This document shows positions 26,845 through 35,597 of a stretch of DNA of 64,000 nt, piece by piece (position 1 is the stretch's first letter; each line of letters begins with the position of its first letter). This DNA is from Deltaproteobacteria bacterium CG11_big_fil_rev_8_21_14_0_20_45_16. GTDB taxonomy: Bacteria; Bdellovibrionota; UBA2394. A program made the translations under genes and the position numbers. Below the pieces are notes generated by a model, which had not been told where the DNA came from, did not search any database, and saw only the letters and a program-made list of their open reading frames with translations. The stretch lies in the NCBI GenBank assembly GCA_002787535.1, contig PCXB01000072.1, positions 1,828-65,827 on the forward strand. The letters run 5' to 3'.

Positions 26845-27825
26845 TTAGCTTTCTTGTTCGGGCCGGTTCTTAGGCGAGGCAGATTTTGCTATTCCTTCTC
26901 GCATCGATGTGTCCGATACAACATTCTTCATATAATAGTAATCCATGACGCCCAGGCGACCTGCTCTTAGGGCTTCAGCCATCGCCATAGGGACCTGTGC
27001 TTCGTTCTCGATAACTTTTGCCCGCATCTCCTCAGCTCGAGCTTTCATCTCTTGTTCCACGGCAATCGCCATAGCGCGACGCGATTCGGCTTTGGCTTGA
27101 GCGACTTTCTTGTCGGCCTCAGCTTGATCTTGTTGGAGTTGGGCTCCGATATTTTGTCCAACATCAACATCTGCAATATCAATGGATAAAATTTGGAAAG
27201 CTGTTCCTGCATCGAGACCTTTTGCCAAGACTGTTTTGGAAATCTTATCTGGATTTTCAAGAACCTCTTTGTGTGATGATGATGAGCCGATGGTCGATAC
27301 GATACCTTCGCCAACTCGAGCGATAATGGTCTCTTCTCCCGCGCCACCCACAAGTTTTTCTATATTGGCGCGAACGGTTACGCGCGTAAGCGCCTTGAGC
27401 TGAATTCCATCTTTTGCGACGGCAGCAACTAACGGAGTTGTGATTACCTTGGGATTAACTGTCATTTTGACAGCTTCCAAGACATCTCGTCCGGCCAAAT
27501 CAATTGCGCAGGCTCGTTCAAAACTCAAACTGATATTGGCCTTGTCAGCTGAAATCAAAGCTTGAACAACTCGAGCGACATTTCCACTCGCCAAGAGATG
27601 GGTTTCGAGTTGTTTGGACGTGAGGGGGATGTCGGCTTTGACCGCGGCTACTCGGGGTCGAACAATAAGAGCGGGATTAACGCCCCGAAGGCGCATCCCA
27701 ATCAAATCCATAATCCCAACAGGAGCCCCCGATGCCCAAGCTTCAATAAAAAGCTTTACTGGGATCAACCAGAAAAAAAAGATACTCCCAAAAACAACAA
27801 GCGCGATGATTAATGCAAATTCCAT
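26845..27825 (-). CDS. floA: Flotillin-like protein FloA (SPFH domain, YqfA/UPF0365 type)
   Basis: 326 aa. N-terminal TM, then [24 protein letters not shown] and an SPFH core with an Ala/Glu-rich coiled C-terminal region. Confidence 0.88.
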   Translation of the reverse strand: MEFALIIALVVFGSIFFFWLIPVKLFIEAWASGAPVGIMDLIGMRLRGVNPALIVRPRVAAVKADIPLTSKQLETHLLASGNVARVVQALISADKANISLSFERACAIDLAGRDVLEAVKMTVNPKVITTPLVAAVAKDGIQLKALTRVTVRANIEKLVGGAGEETIIARVGEGIVSTIGSSSSHKEVLENPDKISKTVLAKGLDAGTAFQILSIDIADVDVGQNIGAQLQQDQAEADKKVAQAKAESRRAMAIAVEQEMKARAEEMRAKVIENEAQVPMAMAEALRAGRLGVMDYYYMKNVVSDTSMREGIAKSASPKNRPEQES

Positions 27826-27856
27826 AGTATCTCCTTTTTAATTTATCGCATTCGCT

Positions 27857-28315
27857 TCAAGAAATGACTGAAACGAGTATGCGAGTTCCATCAATACCTT
27901 GTACTTGAATCTCTTTGCCTTGCTCAATGAATTCTCCCCCGGAACTGACATCGATGAGTGTCTCGGAGCCATCCACCACAAATAAGGCCTTTCCGCTTGG
28001 ATATAGGGGAGTAGAAGTAAAGCCCCGAGAACCTACTTTGAGCCATTCTTCATAACCTTTAGGCTTTTGAATGGTCCGGCTCAGAACGAAGCGTTTGGAG
28101 GCAGGAGAGTGAAGAAACGCAAAAAATAAAATGGCAGCCCCAACAAGGCCGGCTAGAAACAAAAGACTGCCGGTCGCCAGACTATAAACCTGACTCATCC
28201 AAATCGCCGCAGCTAAAAGGCAGAGAAAGCCTGCGACTCCTGTCACACCGATTCCCGGTACTAGGGTGATTTCGACGATGATAAGGCCGAGCCCGATAAA
28301 ATATAGCAACCACAT
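27857..28315 (-). CDS. Short NfeD-family protein (TM segments plus NfeD C-terminal beta domain)
   Basis: 152 aa. 3-4 TM segments, then GKALFVVDGSETLIDVSSGGEFIEQGKEIQVQGIDGTRILV (NfeD OB-like domain). Confidence 0.75.
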   Translation of the reverse strand: MWLLYFIGLGLIIVEITLVPGIGVTGVAGFLCLLAAAIWMSQVYSLATGSLLFLAGLVGAAILFFAFLHSPASKRFVLSRTIQKPKGYEEWLKVGSRGFTSTPLYPSGKALFVVDGSETLIDVSSGGEFIEQGKEIQVQGIDGTRILVSVIS

Positions 28316-29680
28316 TTATGAACTCCTTGGAGAACTATTTATGCGTGAACTGACGACAATTCTCACGCCGCTCACGTCAATAACTTTTGCCGCCAGGCCA
28401 TTCTCCAGAAAGCCTGACTCGGACACGACTTCGTAAGTTTTACCTTCAATCTCAGCTCGCCCCGTAGGTTTCAAGTCGGTCAAAAGCCGAGCGTTCTTTC
28501 CGAGCAAAGATTTAAGCTCAAGCTCATCTTCAGAACTTCGTCCCGCGCCCGATGGCAGTGCGCTATCCAAAACCATCGGAATTTTTCGTGAATATCTTAA
28601 ACCCAGCCGGTACATAGTGACAGCACCAAGCACAACAAGAATTGAGCCGATGGCCATCGAGCGCAATTGAGATTCGACGTGGGGAAAGGATAAATCTAAA
28701 GGTATTTTGGGGGAGATACCTGAAAAAAATAAAGCGCCGATCAAAAACAGGAGTCCGGTTATGCCGGGCAAAATAAATCCCGGTAGGAACAATAGCTCGG
28801 CACCGATTAGAAAAATGCCAAGCATCAGAAACAATAGCTCCTCCCAACCAGCAAGATGCACAATAAACTTTCCAAAAAAATAAAGCGCTAAGCAACCAAT
28901 GCCCAATACGCCAGGCAGTCCAAAGCCGGGAGATTGAATCTCAAGAATAATTCCAAGAACGCCACCCGACATCAAGAGGCCCGACACGGTTGGATCTGTT
29001 ATAAATCTAACAATCTTTTCCGCCCAATTTATTTTAAAGACTTCGATCTCTGAACCTTCAAGGCTAAGGAAACTAATTACTTTGTCAAAATTATCAGCTG
29101 TACCATCTGAAATTTTTGTTGTGAGCGCAGAAACATCCGTTAAGGTTAAGACTTCACCTTTGGCCACAAGTTTGGGGATATCCTCGACCGCTTGTACCAT
29201 ACTTTCGGCGATGACTCTCGATCGTCCATTTTTTTCGGCTGTTGCGCCCATTTCACTTCGAAAGTAACTAACAAACTTTTTCTCGACATCCTTCGCGCCG
29301 TCGGCTCCGGCTTGAATAGGCGTAGCGGCGCCCATAGTCGATCCAGGCGAGAAAAATATTTTTCTACAAGCTAGGGAAATCAAGGCTCCCGCAGAAATCG
29401 CTCGTTTATTCACCCAGGCCACCGTGGGGACCTTGGCGTCTAGCAACGCATCTCGAATCTCGACGGCTGCATCGACGCGCCCACCAAAAGTATCGATGTC
29501 TAAGATAAGTGCATCGAATTTATTTTCTTCGGCATAGCGAATGGCTCTTATTATATAAGGAGAGAGCCCCAGTTCGACCGTTCCTTCAAAGGGAACTCGG
29601 AGTACTTTCGTCGCTTCCGCGGGTGTCAAGCCCATCATGAAGATGGCCAAAGAACTTAGATAAACAGAGCGGAAGATCAT
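28316..29680 (-). CDS. Membrane-bound ClpP-class serine protease NfeD (long form)
   Basis: 454 aa. ClpP/crotonase-like N-terminal domain (ILDIDTFGGRVDAA, NKRAISAGALISL). Central TM block. C-terminal NfeD beta domain (GRAEIEGKTYEVVSESGF). Confidence 0.85.
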   Translation of the reverse strand: MIFRSVYLSSLAIFMMGLTPAEATKVLRVPFEGTVELGLSPYIIRAIRYAEENKFDALILDIDTFGGRVDAAVEIRDALLDAKVPTVAWVNKRAISAGALISLACRKIFFSPGSTMGAATPIQAGADGAKDVEKKFVSYFRSEMGATAEKNGRSRVIAESMVQAVEDIPKLVAKGEVLTLTDVSALTTKISDGTADNFDKVISFLSLEGSEIEVFKINWAEKIVRFITDPTVSGLLMSGGVLGIILEIQSPGFGLPGVLGIGCLALYFFGKFIVHLAGWEELLFLMLGIFLIGAELLFLPGFILPGITGLLFLIGALFFSGISPKIPLDLSFPHVESQLRSMAIGSILVVLGAVTMYRLGLRYSRKIPMVLDSALPSGAGRSSEDELELKSLLGKNARLLTDLKPTGRAEIEGKTYEVVSESGFLENGLAAKVIDVSGVRIVVSSRINSSPRSS

Positions 29681-29723
29681 CCGTGGATCATGGCAATCTT
29701 CCGCTCTGCGATCAATCCTCTAA

Positions 29724-30605
29724 TTAAAGATCGTCAATCAGGTCGAGAAGCTCGCGCAAGTCCTCGTTTCCATCGATTGGATCTACGAATTCAAACTGCC
29801 GAAAGAGCAACATATCGCTGCCTAAAAATCCCGCATATTTACCAATTGAGGCCCCGACATAGGTTCCAGCAATGATGAAAGAGCCTTTGCCCAACCACTT
29901 GAGCGCGGACATGATCGTTTTATCCGTAGCGGCAATGGGAATGAATTTTTCACTTAATTTGTAAGCGACAAATCCACCGCCGATGACACCCGCAACAGTT
30001 GAAACATTGACGATTATTTTTCGGATTCTCATTCGTTTTTCTTCTAGCTCGAGCCATTTGTCTCTTATGGCATGATCTAGAGAATTAAAACGTTCGTGAT
30101 CCTCGGGGTGATCACGGTAGGCCTTATTGATAATATAGAGGCGTTGATAAAAACTCTTTTCCGTTTCTGCAAAGAAAACAAGCTTTACGATTTCGTCACG
30201 AACCAAATTAAAGTCAGGTTCAGCTTGATCGTCCTCGCTGTCAAAATCGACGTCGAGGATTGTCTCAAGTAGTTCATTCAAGCGTTGTTGTTCAAGCAGA
30301 CTTCGCTGAAGAATTTTTTCTTGTTTTTTGTTGAGAGGCGGTGAGTCTTGATCACCCAGAAAAGTCCGCCCTGTATTTTCATCTTGTAGGAGTACTTTTA
30401 GTTCCTCTTCGGAGTCGGCACGGTAGAGTTCAAGTTCATCTTGTTTACTTGGTTCTAGAGAATTCCAATAAGCTTCGTGTTCAGGATCTACGACGAAAAG
30501 TATAGAGTCTTTTTGAATTTCTTGGGCCGCTAAACTGTTTAGGCTTAGCAATGCCAGACCTACTATTCCTGTTATATTTAATTTCCAATTGAGTAGTTTA
30601 CTCAT
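29724..30605 (-). CDS. Secreted/membrane protein with a glycine-zipper hairpin and acidic tail (paralog D)
   Basis: Start moved to the ATG at 30605 (GGAGGA RBS; signal MSKLLNWKLNITGIVGLALLSLNSLAAQE). C-terminal VAGVIGGGFVAY...IIAGTYVGASIGKYAGFLG. Tail NEDLRELLDLIDDL. Confidence 0.68.
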   Translation of the reverse strand: MSKLLNWKLNITGIVGLALLSLNSLAAQEIQKDSILFVVDPEHEAYWNSLEPSKQDELELYRADSEEELKVLLQDENTGRTFLGDQDSPPLNKKQEKILQRSLLEQQRLNELLETILDVDFDSEDDQAEPDFNLVRDEIVKLVFFAETEKSFYQRLYIINKAYRDHPEDHERFNSLDHAIRDKWLELEEKRMRIRKIIVNVSTVAGVIGGGFVAYKLSEKFIPIAATDKTIMSALKWLGKGSFIIAGTYVGASIGKYAGFLGSDMLLFRQFEFVDPIDGNEDLRELLDLIDDL

Positions 30606-31179
30606 GATTTCCTCCCCCGAGCTCAATATCATCAAGCTCATTTAGTTTTGAATTCACATCATCGGTCAGATCCCCTTCTGAATATCGATAATGCGGCATA
30701 TTGATCAGATCACTTAAGAGAAATCCCGCGCCCGCGCCTGCCAAGGCTCCCGCTGGCAAAGCCAGAAGCAGATAACGTCCACCCGCAACCATCTTCCCAA
30801 TCGGAAAGGCGACCACAGCCCCTGCGATCGCTCCCGCAGCGGAATAAATCCAACGAATTGACTTGGCGTTTTCCATTCGTGTTTCGAACTCCGTCGCTAA
30901 AAGGCGGTCGAGACGTCGAAAGTCTTTGTTCCGCTCAGGTGCGCTTTCTGAAGCATTTTTCAAAAGGCGAATGAAGTTCTTAAATTGAGTTTCGTCGTTT
31001 GACGAAAAGACAGCCTCCGCCAGACTCTTCTCGATGATATTTTTCATCCCATGTTTGGGCTCAAGATAATTTTCGGTGAACTCAATATAATATAAGTTAA
31101 ACGCATCGCTGTCAGTCGGTCCCAGTTGGGGCGATAAGGTCGACAAAGATGCAAACAAAATCCCCCCAATAAAATTCAT
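30598..31179 (-). CDS. Membrane protein with a glycine-zipper hairpin and acidic tail (paralog C)
   Basis: 193 aa. AAGAIAGAVVAFPIGKMVAGG...ALPAGALAGAGAGFLL. Tail VNSKLNELDDIEL. ATGA overlap with the upstream gene. Confidence 0.68.
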   Translation of the reverse strand: MNFIGGILFASLSTLSPQLGPTDSDAFNLYYIEFTENYLEPKHGMKNIIEKSLAEAVFSSNDETQFKNFIRLLKNASESAPERNKDFRRLDRLLATEFETRMENAKSIRWIYSAAGAIAGAVVAFPIGKMVAGGRYLLLALPAGALAGAGAGFLLSDLINMPHYRYSEGDLTDDVNSKLNELDDIELGGGNHE

Positions 31180-31895
31180 AAATCCTCCAGCTCATCCAGT
31201 TTGCTTTGTAAAACTTGCTCTTCTTTTTCGATATCGCGCACAAAGTCTTCTCCAGCTGGATACTTGCTCAAAAAGTCCTTGGCGTTTCCAACTCCCGGAT
31301 CGGCGGGTAAGAAAAATGATGTTGCGACCCATCCACCACCGTAACCCAGCGCGCCGCCCGCCGCTCCCAATCCCACAACAAGCATTGCGGATTTTAAGGG
31401 TCCATTTACCCACGACGGTTTGAAGTAAAGGATGGCTGTTCCGCTCGCTAGACCGAGAACGGTACCGCCAATCGCGGACCAGCTTCGAAGTTTTCGATTT
31501 TTAGCATTTTGCATTTCGACCAAGGCATTGGCGTGCTCGACGAAAGCATTGCCCATCAATACAAAATAGGGACGAAGGTGTTGATGGCTTTCGAAAGTTT
31601 CCTTTAAGAAGCTTTCGATTTTTGGGCGAACCGCAGTTGTGATTTCAAGATAATAAACATCCGATACACGATGCGCGACGGCCATCAGTGCGGTGACTTG
31701 ACGTTCTTGCTCTTCTCCTGGCGCGGCAACACCATCATCGTAAAGGCCCTGTGCTCCATCTATAAAATTAGACAGTTCATCTGCAAAAATTATCCAATTT
31801 GGATTTGGAACGTCCTCTTCTTGTGCGTAGAGGCTTACACTTTGTGCCACTGCACAAGCGAGTATCCCAATTAGCCACCATCTTCGTCTTCCCAT
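31176..31895 (-). CDS. Secreted/membrane protein with a glycine-zipper hairpin and acidic tail (paralog B)
   Basis: 239 aa. Signal MGRRRWWLIGILACAVAQSVSLYAQ. IGGTVLGLASGTAILY...VVGLGAAGGALGYGGGWVA. Tail LQSKLDELEDL. Confidence 0.68.
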   Translation of the reverse strand: MGRRRWWLIGILACAVAQSVSLYAQEEDVPNPNWIIFADELSNFIDGAQGLYDDGVAAPGEEQERQVTALMAVAHRVSDVYYLEITTAVRPKIESFLKETFESHQHLRPYFVLMGNAFVEHANALVEMQNAKNRKLRSWSAIGGTVLGLASGTAILYFKPSWVNGPLKSAMLVVGLGAAGGALGYGGGWVATSFFLPADPGVGNAKDFLSKYPAGEDFVRDIEKEEQVLQSKLDELEDL

Positions 31896-33223
31896 TGTCT
31901 CAATCCCCCTTGTTGTTGTTGTTCTAGTGAGAAAATCTGTGATTCAATTAGTTGAAGCTTTTCTGTTGCCTTTCTAACGCCCATTTTTAGGCTGGCATGA
32001 CGTATTTGTAACTTTGACTCAAGAGAATCCATTAGAGATTGAAGATTTTTACTTCGCATCGAAGGCTTCCAAACTAAATTGGCAAGGTCGATGTCGGACT
32101 GCATAAAAAAATAAGTACTGGCTCCGCCCATTCCCATTGATAGTAGGCGATTGGCACCTCCCAGATTTTGTGCGGCTGCAAATAGCATCATAGAGTTTGC
32201 AGAATTGAGAACGAAGCGCGCCCAGCCATCCACGGAATCAAGTTCGCGTTGAATCTTAAGTTCGGTTTGGTATTGAACGAGTGGATTCTCTCGACTATCA
32301 AAATTATCCAATCCCAAAACTCCATACTCAAGATCATCGAAAGTTGTTGCGCGATTGAAAATCTCAACAACATCAGTGTTGATATACGCTAAATATTCTT
32401 GAAACTCCGGATGGAAAAGATCTTGATGTCCAAAATCCTCTCCGAGTCTCCAAAAGAAAGCTGTTTGTAGCATGATGGATTCTTCGGATAATTCTGGAAA
32501 TATCTCTCGAAGTTTGGCGCGAATACCGACTTTGAGTGTTGATTCGATTGCCGAAACTTCATTGGCGGCTTCATGGGATCGTCGATCAAACTCATCAGCT
32601 TGCAATTTGTTGCTTTCCATAAAAGCAAGATCCGCTTGTTCACTGAAATACTTTCCTTCGAATGCACGATAAGCGGCGCGTCCAATTTCAAGATTCCAAG
32701 TTTCTCGGATCCTTTCCTGGCGATCCATTGGAAGTCTGCTAAGTCGGAGTAAATAGCGTAGTCCTTCCCGATAACTCGAGATGTCTTGCATAAACGCGGA
32801 CCAGCGAACACCGCGCTCGAGATCCAGTTCGTATCGAGCGTTCCACCATTGAATCCAGTCCGCAATAGATTTGGGCCCATTTGATTTTCTCAGTTTGGCG
32901 GGTCGATCAATTAAAGCGTGGGCTGATGCGAGAGACTCCCAGCGATTAGCCGCGGCAAAGGGCATAAAATTCGGTAAGCTATCGAGCCTGTTGTGAATGG
33001 CGTGTAGGGCAATTCGTTTTTCTTTTTGACAGCTTGTGTTGTTGCATGACTCGGCCCCTTTTTGAAAGCGGTTGAGGATTTCAACAACTTGCTGTTGCTT
33101 AATATAAAGGTCTTGAAGATTGTCATCTGCGACGAGATGCGAAGATGAGAGAGCTGTCAAAAAACAGACACTACTGCATACTAATACGATCCAACTTCGA
33201 ACCGAGAAACAGAATCCCCTCAT
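31871..33223 (-). CDS. Secreted helical protein heading the glycine-zipper cassette (protein A)
   Basis: 450 aa. Signal peptide. Mostly helical-looking. Gly-rich hydrophobic stretch MMLFAAAQNLGGANRLLSMGMGGASTYFF. Coiled C-terminus ending WEDEDGG. 25-nt overlap with paralog B. Confidence 0.68.
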   Translation of the reverse strand: MRGFCFSVRSWIVLVCSSVCFLTALSSSHLVADDNLQDLYIKQQQVVEILNRFQKGAESCNNTSCQKEKRIALHAIHNRLDSLPNFMPFAAANRWESLASAHALIDRPAKLRKSNGPKSIADWIQWWNARYELDLERGVRWSAFMQDISSYREGLRYLLRLSRLPMDRQERIRETWNLEIGRAAYRAFEGKYFSEQADLAFMESNKLQADEFDRRSHEAANEVSAIESTLKVGIRAKLREIFPELSEESIMLQTAFFWRLGEDFGHQDLFHPEFQEYLAYINTDVVEIFNRATTFDDLEYGVLGLDNFDSRENPLVQYQTELKIQRELDSVDGWARFVLNSANSMMLFAAAQNLGGANRLLSMGMGGASTYFFMQSDIDLANLVWKPSMRSKNLQSLMDSLESKLQIRHASLKMGVRKATEKLQLIESQIFSLEQQQQGGLRQWEDEDGG

Positions 33224-33335
33224 ATTTCCCCCGACTCACAACTTACTGTTTCTGTTGCTGCATAGCAATACAAACACCATGGCGCAGTGCACAACACAGG
33301 ATCGCGCAACGCAGCAAATTATCTAGCGCCATGCA

Positions 33336-34064
33336 CTAAGATTGCAAAAAGTGATCTACAAAATTGATATAGTCTAAGGCTGCTGAGGATCGCTTAGCGT
33401 ATTCATAGAGAGTTTTACCATGACTTGGAGCTTCTTTGGCGCGCGTTGTCATTCGAATGGGCTCGGCCACAAGATGTGAAAAATGTTCGCGTAATATTTT
33501 TACGGATTCCTGTGAGATACGGCTTCTAGAGTCGTACATAGTTGGCAATATGGATTGAATACGAATGGGATCCTGGCGCTCACGATTTATCTCGTCGATA
33601 AACTCAATGATGTCCCGTACCCCAACTAACGAAAGATAGTCGCAGGCGACGGGAATAAGAGCGGTGTCGCAATAAAATAATGCAGCTCGGTTCAGTTGAG
33701 ATCGAGATGGAGCCATATCAATGACCGTATATTCAGAGCGCATTTCACAAAGCTTTTCTCTAAATAAACCAGGAAGAATTTCTGGTTGTCGATGTAATCG
33801 ACTCTCAACCTCCAGAAGGTCTTTACCCCCTGTCAATACCTTTACGGAATCTTTAGCAATTAAAGCAGAGGCCAGAGAGTTTTTAGAAAGTAGAACATCA
33901 GGAAGCCGATTAGGTTCCAGTCTGAGACTCACACCGACCGAGCCTTGAGGATCATTGTCTAGTAGTAGGGTGTTGAAGCCTCTTTGACCGAGAGCCATGG
34001 CCAAGTGAATAGAAGTTGTTGTCTTACCGGTTCCGCCTTTTTGATTCAAGACACTGATAATCAC
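33336..34064 (-). CDS. ParA/MinD-family P-loop ATPase (orphan ParA)
   Basis: 242 aa. Deviant Walker A NQKGGTGKTTT. LLLDNDPQGS. Walker B-like VIDMAP. No parB or parS seen nearby. Confidence 0.85.
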   Translation of the reverse strand: MIISVLNQKGGTGKTTTSIHLAMALGQRGFNTLLLDNDPQGSVGVSLRLEPNRLPDVLLSKNSLASALIAKDSVKVLTGGKDLLEVESRLHRQPEILPGLFREKLCEMRSEYTVIDMAPSRSQLNRAALFYCDTALIPVACDYLSLVGVRDIIEFIDEINRERQDPIRIQSILPTMYDSRSRISQESVKILREHFSHLVAEPIRMTTRAKEAPSHGKTLYEYAKRSSAALDYINFVDHFLQS

Positions 34065-34954
34065 GGAAAGATTAGATCAGTTAAGGGGGACAATTGGAAG
34101 GCTAAGTTAAGATCTTTATTGTTGGCCCTTAGGTTGATCTTAGCGAGGCACTCCTGAAGTCGAGATCTGCACTCTCGTACTTGTTTCAGACTTACGTTTG
34201 TTAGGAAGATAACAAACTCATTCTCTTTATATTGCATGACCTGATCGGAGTTTCGAACGACTCGACAGATTTGACTGACAAATTGTGAGCTCAATTCTTT
34301 TCGAGCTTCATGCCCCAGGTGTTTTTGAATTCTCTCCCATTCCTTAACAATGATTCTGAGTCCGGCGGGAGGCAAACTATTGGCTGCCAAGCCATGATCA
34401 AAAATTCGTTCTGTAAAAACTTCTTGCGGGGCCTTCACCATCTTCCTGAGACGTTCATTTTGCGCTCTTAATCGAGTTTTAAGGCCGATATCCTCCAGTA
34501 GCCGAGGGAGATGCGATAAATAATCCAGACTTTTTGGCTCTGAAAGCAACATGGAGCATTTTGCCAGCGCCGCATGGCGCCGTTTATTGAGAACGCTGTA
34601 ACTTGCTGGGGAAAGGATGAGGATACAAGCCGCGTTCTCACGAGCTTTATAAAGAAAATCGAAGTCTTTAAGCGAATCTTCTGTAAAAGACTTCAGTTCA
34701 GCGATGACACCCTTGAAAGGACCGGAGGCGCGTTCGCGGAAAATCTTTGCCAAATTTTTGGATGTAAAGCGAGTGTACTCAAATTCAATTTCAGGGAAGC
34801 GGTCGGCTAATACAGACTTAAGAAGTGGCGTTCGATTGATCGGTGTTTGTTTGATGACAATCCAGCGCGACAGTCTGATTTCGTCAGTATTAGCATTTGT
34901 GGCATAGGCCTGCTTCACCGGCCAATTATCAGTCGTACGAAAGTCATAGGGCAA
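34061..34954 (-). CDS. Pseudo-receiver plus degenerate GGDEF domain protein (A-site KENEF, I-site RNSD retained)
   Basis: 297 aa. C-terminal RNSDQVMQYKENEFVIFL aligns residue-for-residue with the canonical RxxD-x5-GG(D/E)EF layout. The N-terminal half looks REC-like but has no obvious phospho-Asp. ATGA overlap with parA-like gene. Confidence 0.6.
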   Translation of the reverse strand: MPYDFRTTDNWPVKQAYATNANTDEIRLSRWIVIKQTPINRTPLLKSVLADRFPEIEFEYTRFTSKNLAKIFRERASGPFKGVIAELKSFTEDSLKDFDFLYKARENAACILILSPASYSVLNKRRHAALAKCSMLLSEPKSLDYLSHLPRLLEDIGLKTRLRAQNERLRKMVKAPQEVFTERIFDHGLAANSLPPAGLRIIVKEWERIQKHLGHEARKELSSQFVSQICRVVRNSDQVMQYKENEFVIFLTNVSLKQVRECRSRLQECLAKINLRANNKDLNLAFQLSPLTDLIFP

Positions 34955-34973
34955 GCATTAATTGCTTTGAGTC

Positions 34974-35003
34974 GAAAAAACAATAGTTGCCATTTGAATG
35001 GCA
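34974..35003 (-). terminator. Weak intrinsic terminator after 35010..35378
   Basis: Minus strand TGCCAT-tcaa-ATGGCA followed by ACTATTGTTTTTT. Confidence 0.4.
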
Positions 35004-35009
35004 GATCGA

Positions 35010-35378
35010 CTATTTGGAGCGCTCCAATATTTTTTGTTCGAAGTTTTTAATTTGTTTCAGGTGATGATCGCGTCGCGCTAGGAGCGATTTTTTTTGCGTC
35101 TGGAGTATCTCAGAGTTTTGAGTCTGATTTAAACCAATTTCAACATTCTTCATTCGATCTTCAGTGATGGCTAGTAACGCGCGCTCTCGAATTAGACGTT
35201 CTTGTAGAGAGGCGGGTTGCGATTCTTCATAATTTCCTAGTACTTCCTGAAATCTCTTAATTGCATAGGCCTCGGGGCGGACCCATTCGACGTCGTGATC
35301 TCTGTTTTCCCGTGTTGATTGCGCTAGGAGTGTTGTTACAAAAAAGCAAAACACTGATATGGCCATCAAATATCGCAT
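35010..35378 (-). CDS. Small secreted coiled-coil protein
   Basis: 122 aa. Signal MRYLMAISVFCFFVTTLLAQS. The remainder is charged and helical. Confidence 0.55.
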   Translation of the reverse strand: MRYLMAISVFCFFVTTLLAQSTRENRDHDVEWVRPEAYAIKRFQEVLGNYEESQPASLQERLIRERALLAITEDRMKNVEIGLNQTQNSEILQTQKKSLLARRDHHLKQIKNFEQKILERSK

Positions 35379-35597
35379 TAGCTATTTATTATGAATCATC
35401 GCCCCCCTTGGGCCAATCAAAGAACTTCGCAAAAAGTTTCATAGTAGAGAGCTCATAAATTGCTGTGACACTCGAGGCAGAAATGGGGTGCTTTTGTAAA
35501 AGCCCTTGAAAGGCCAGGGAACTTTTGTTCACAGTCCGTGGCATAGGGCGTGAAGTATGCGTGTCCCATGCGTTTGTGGGGCAGGGGAGGAACGGGC

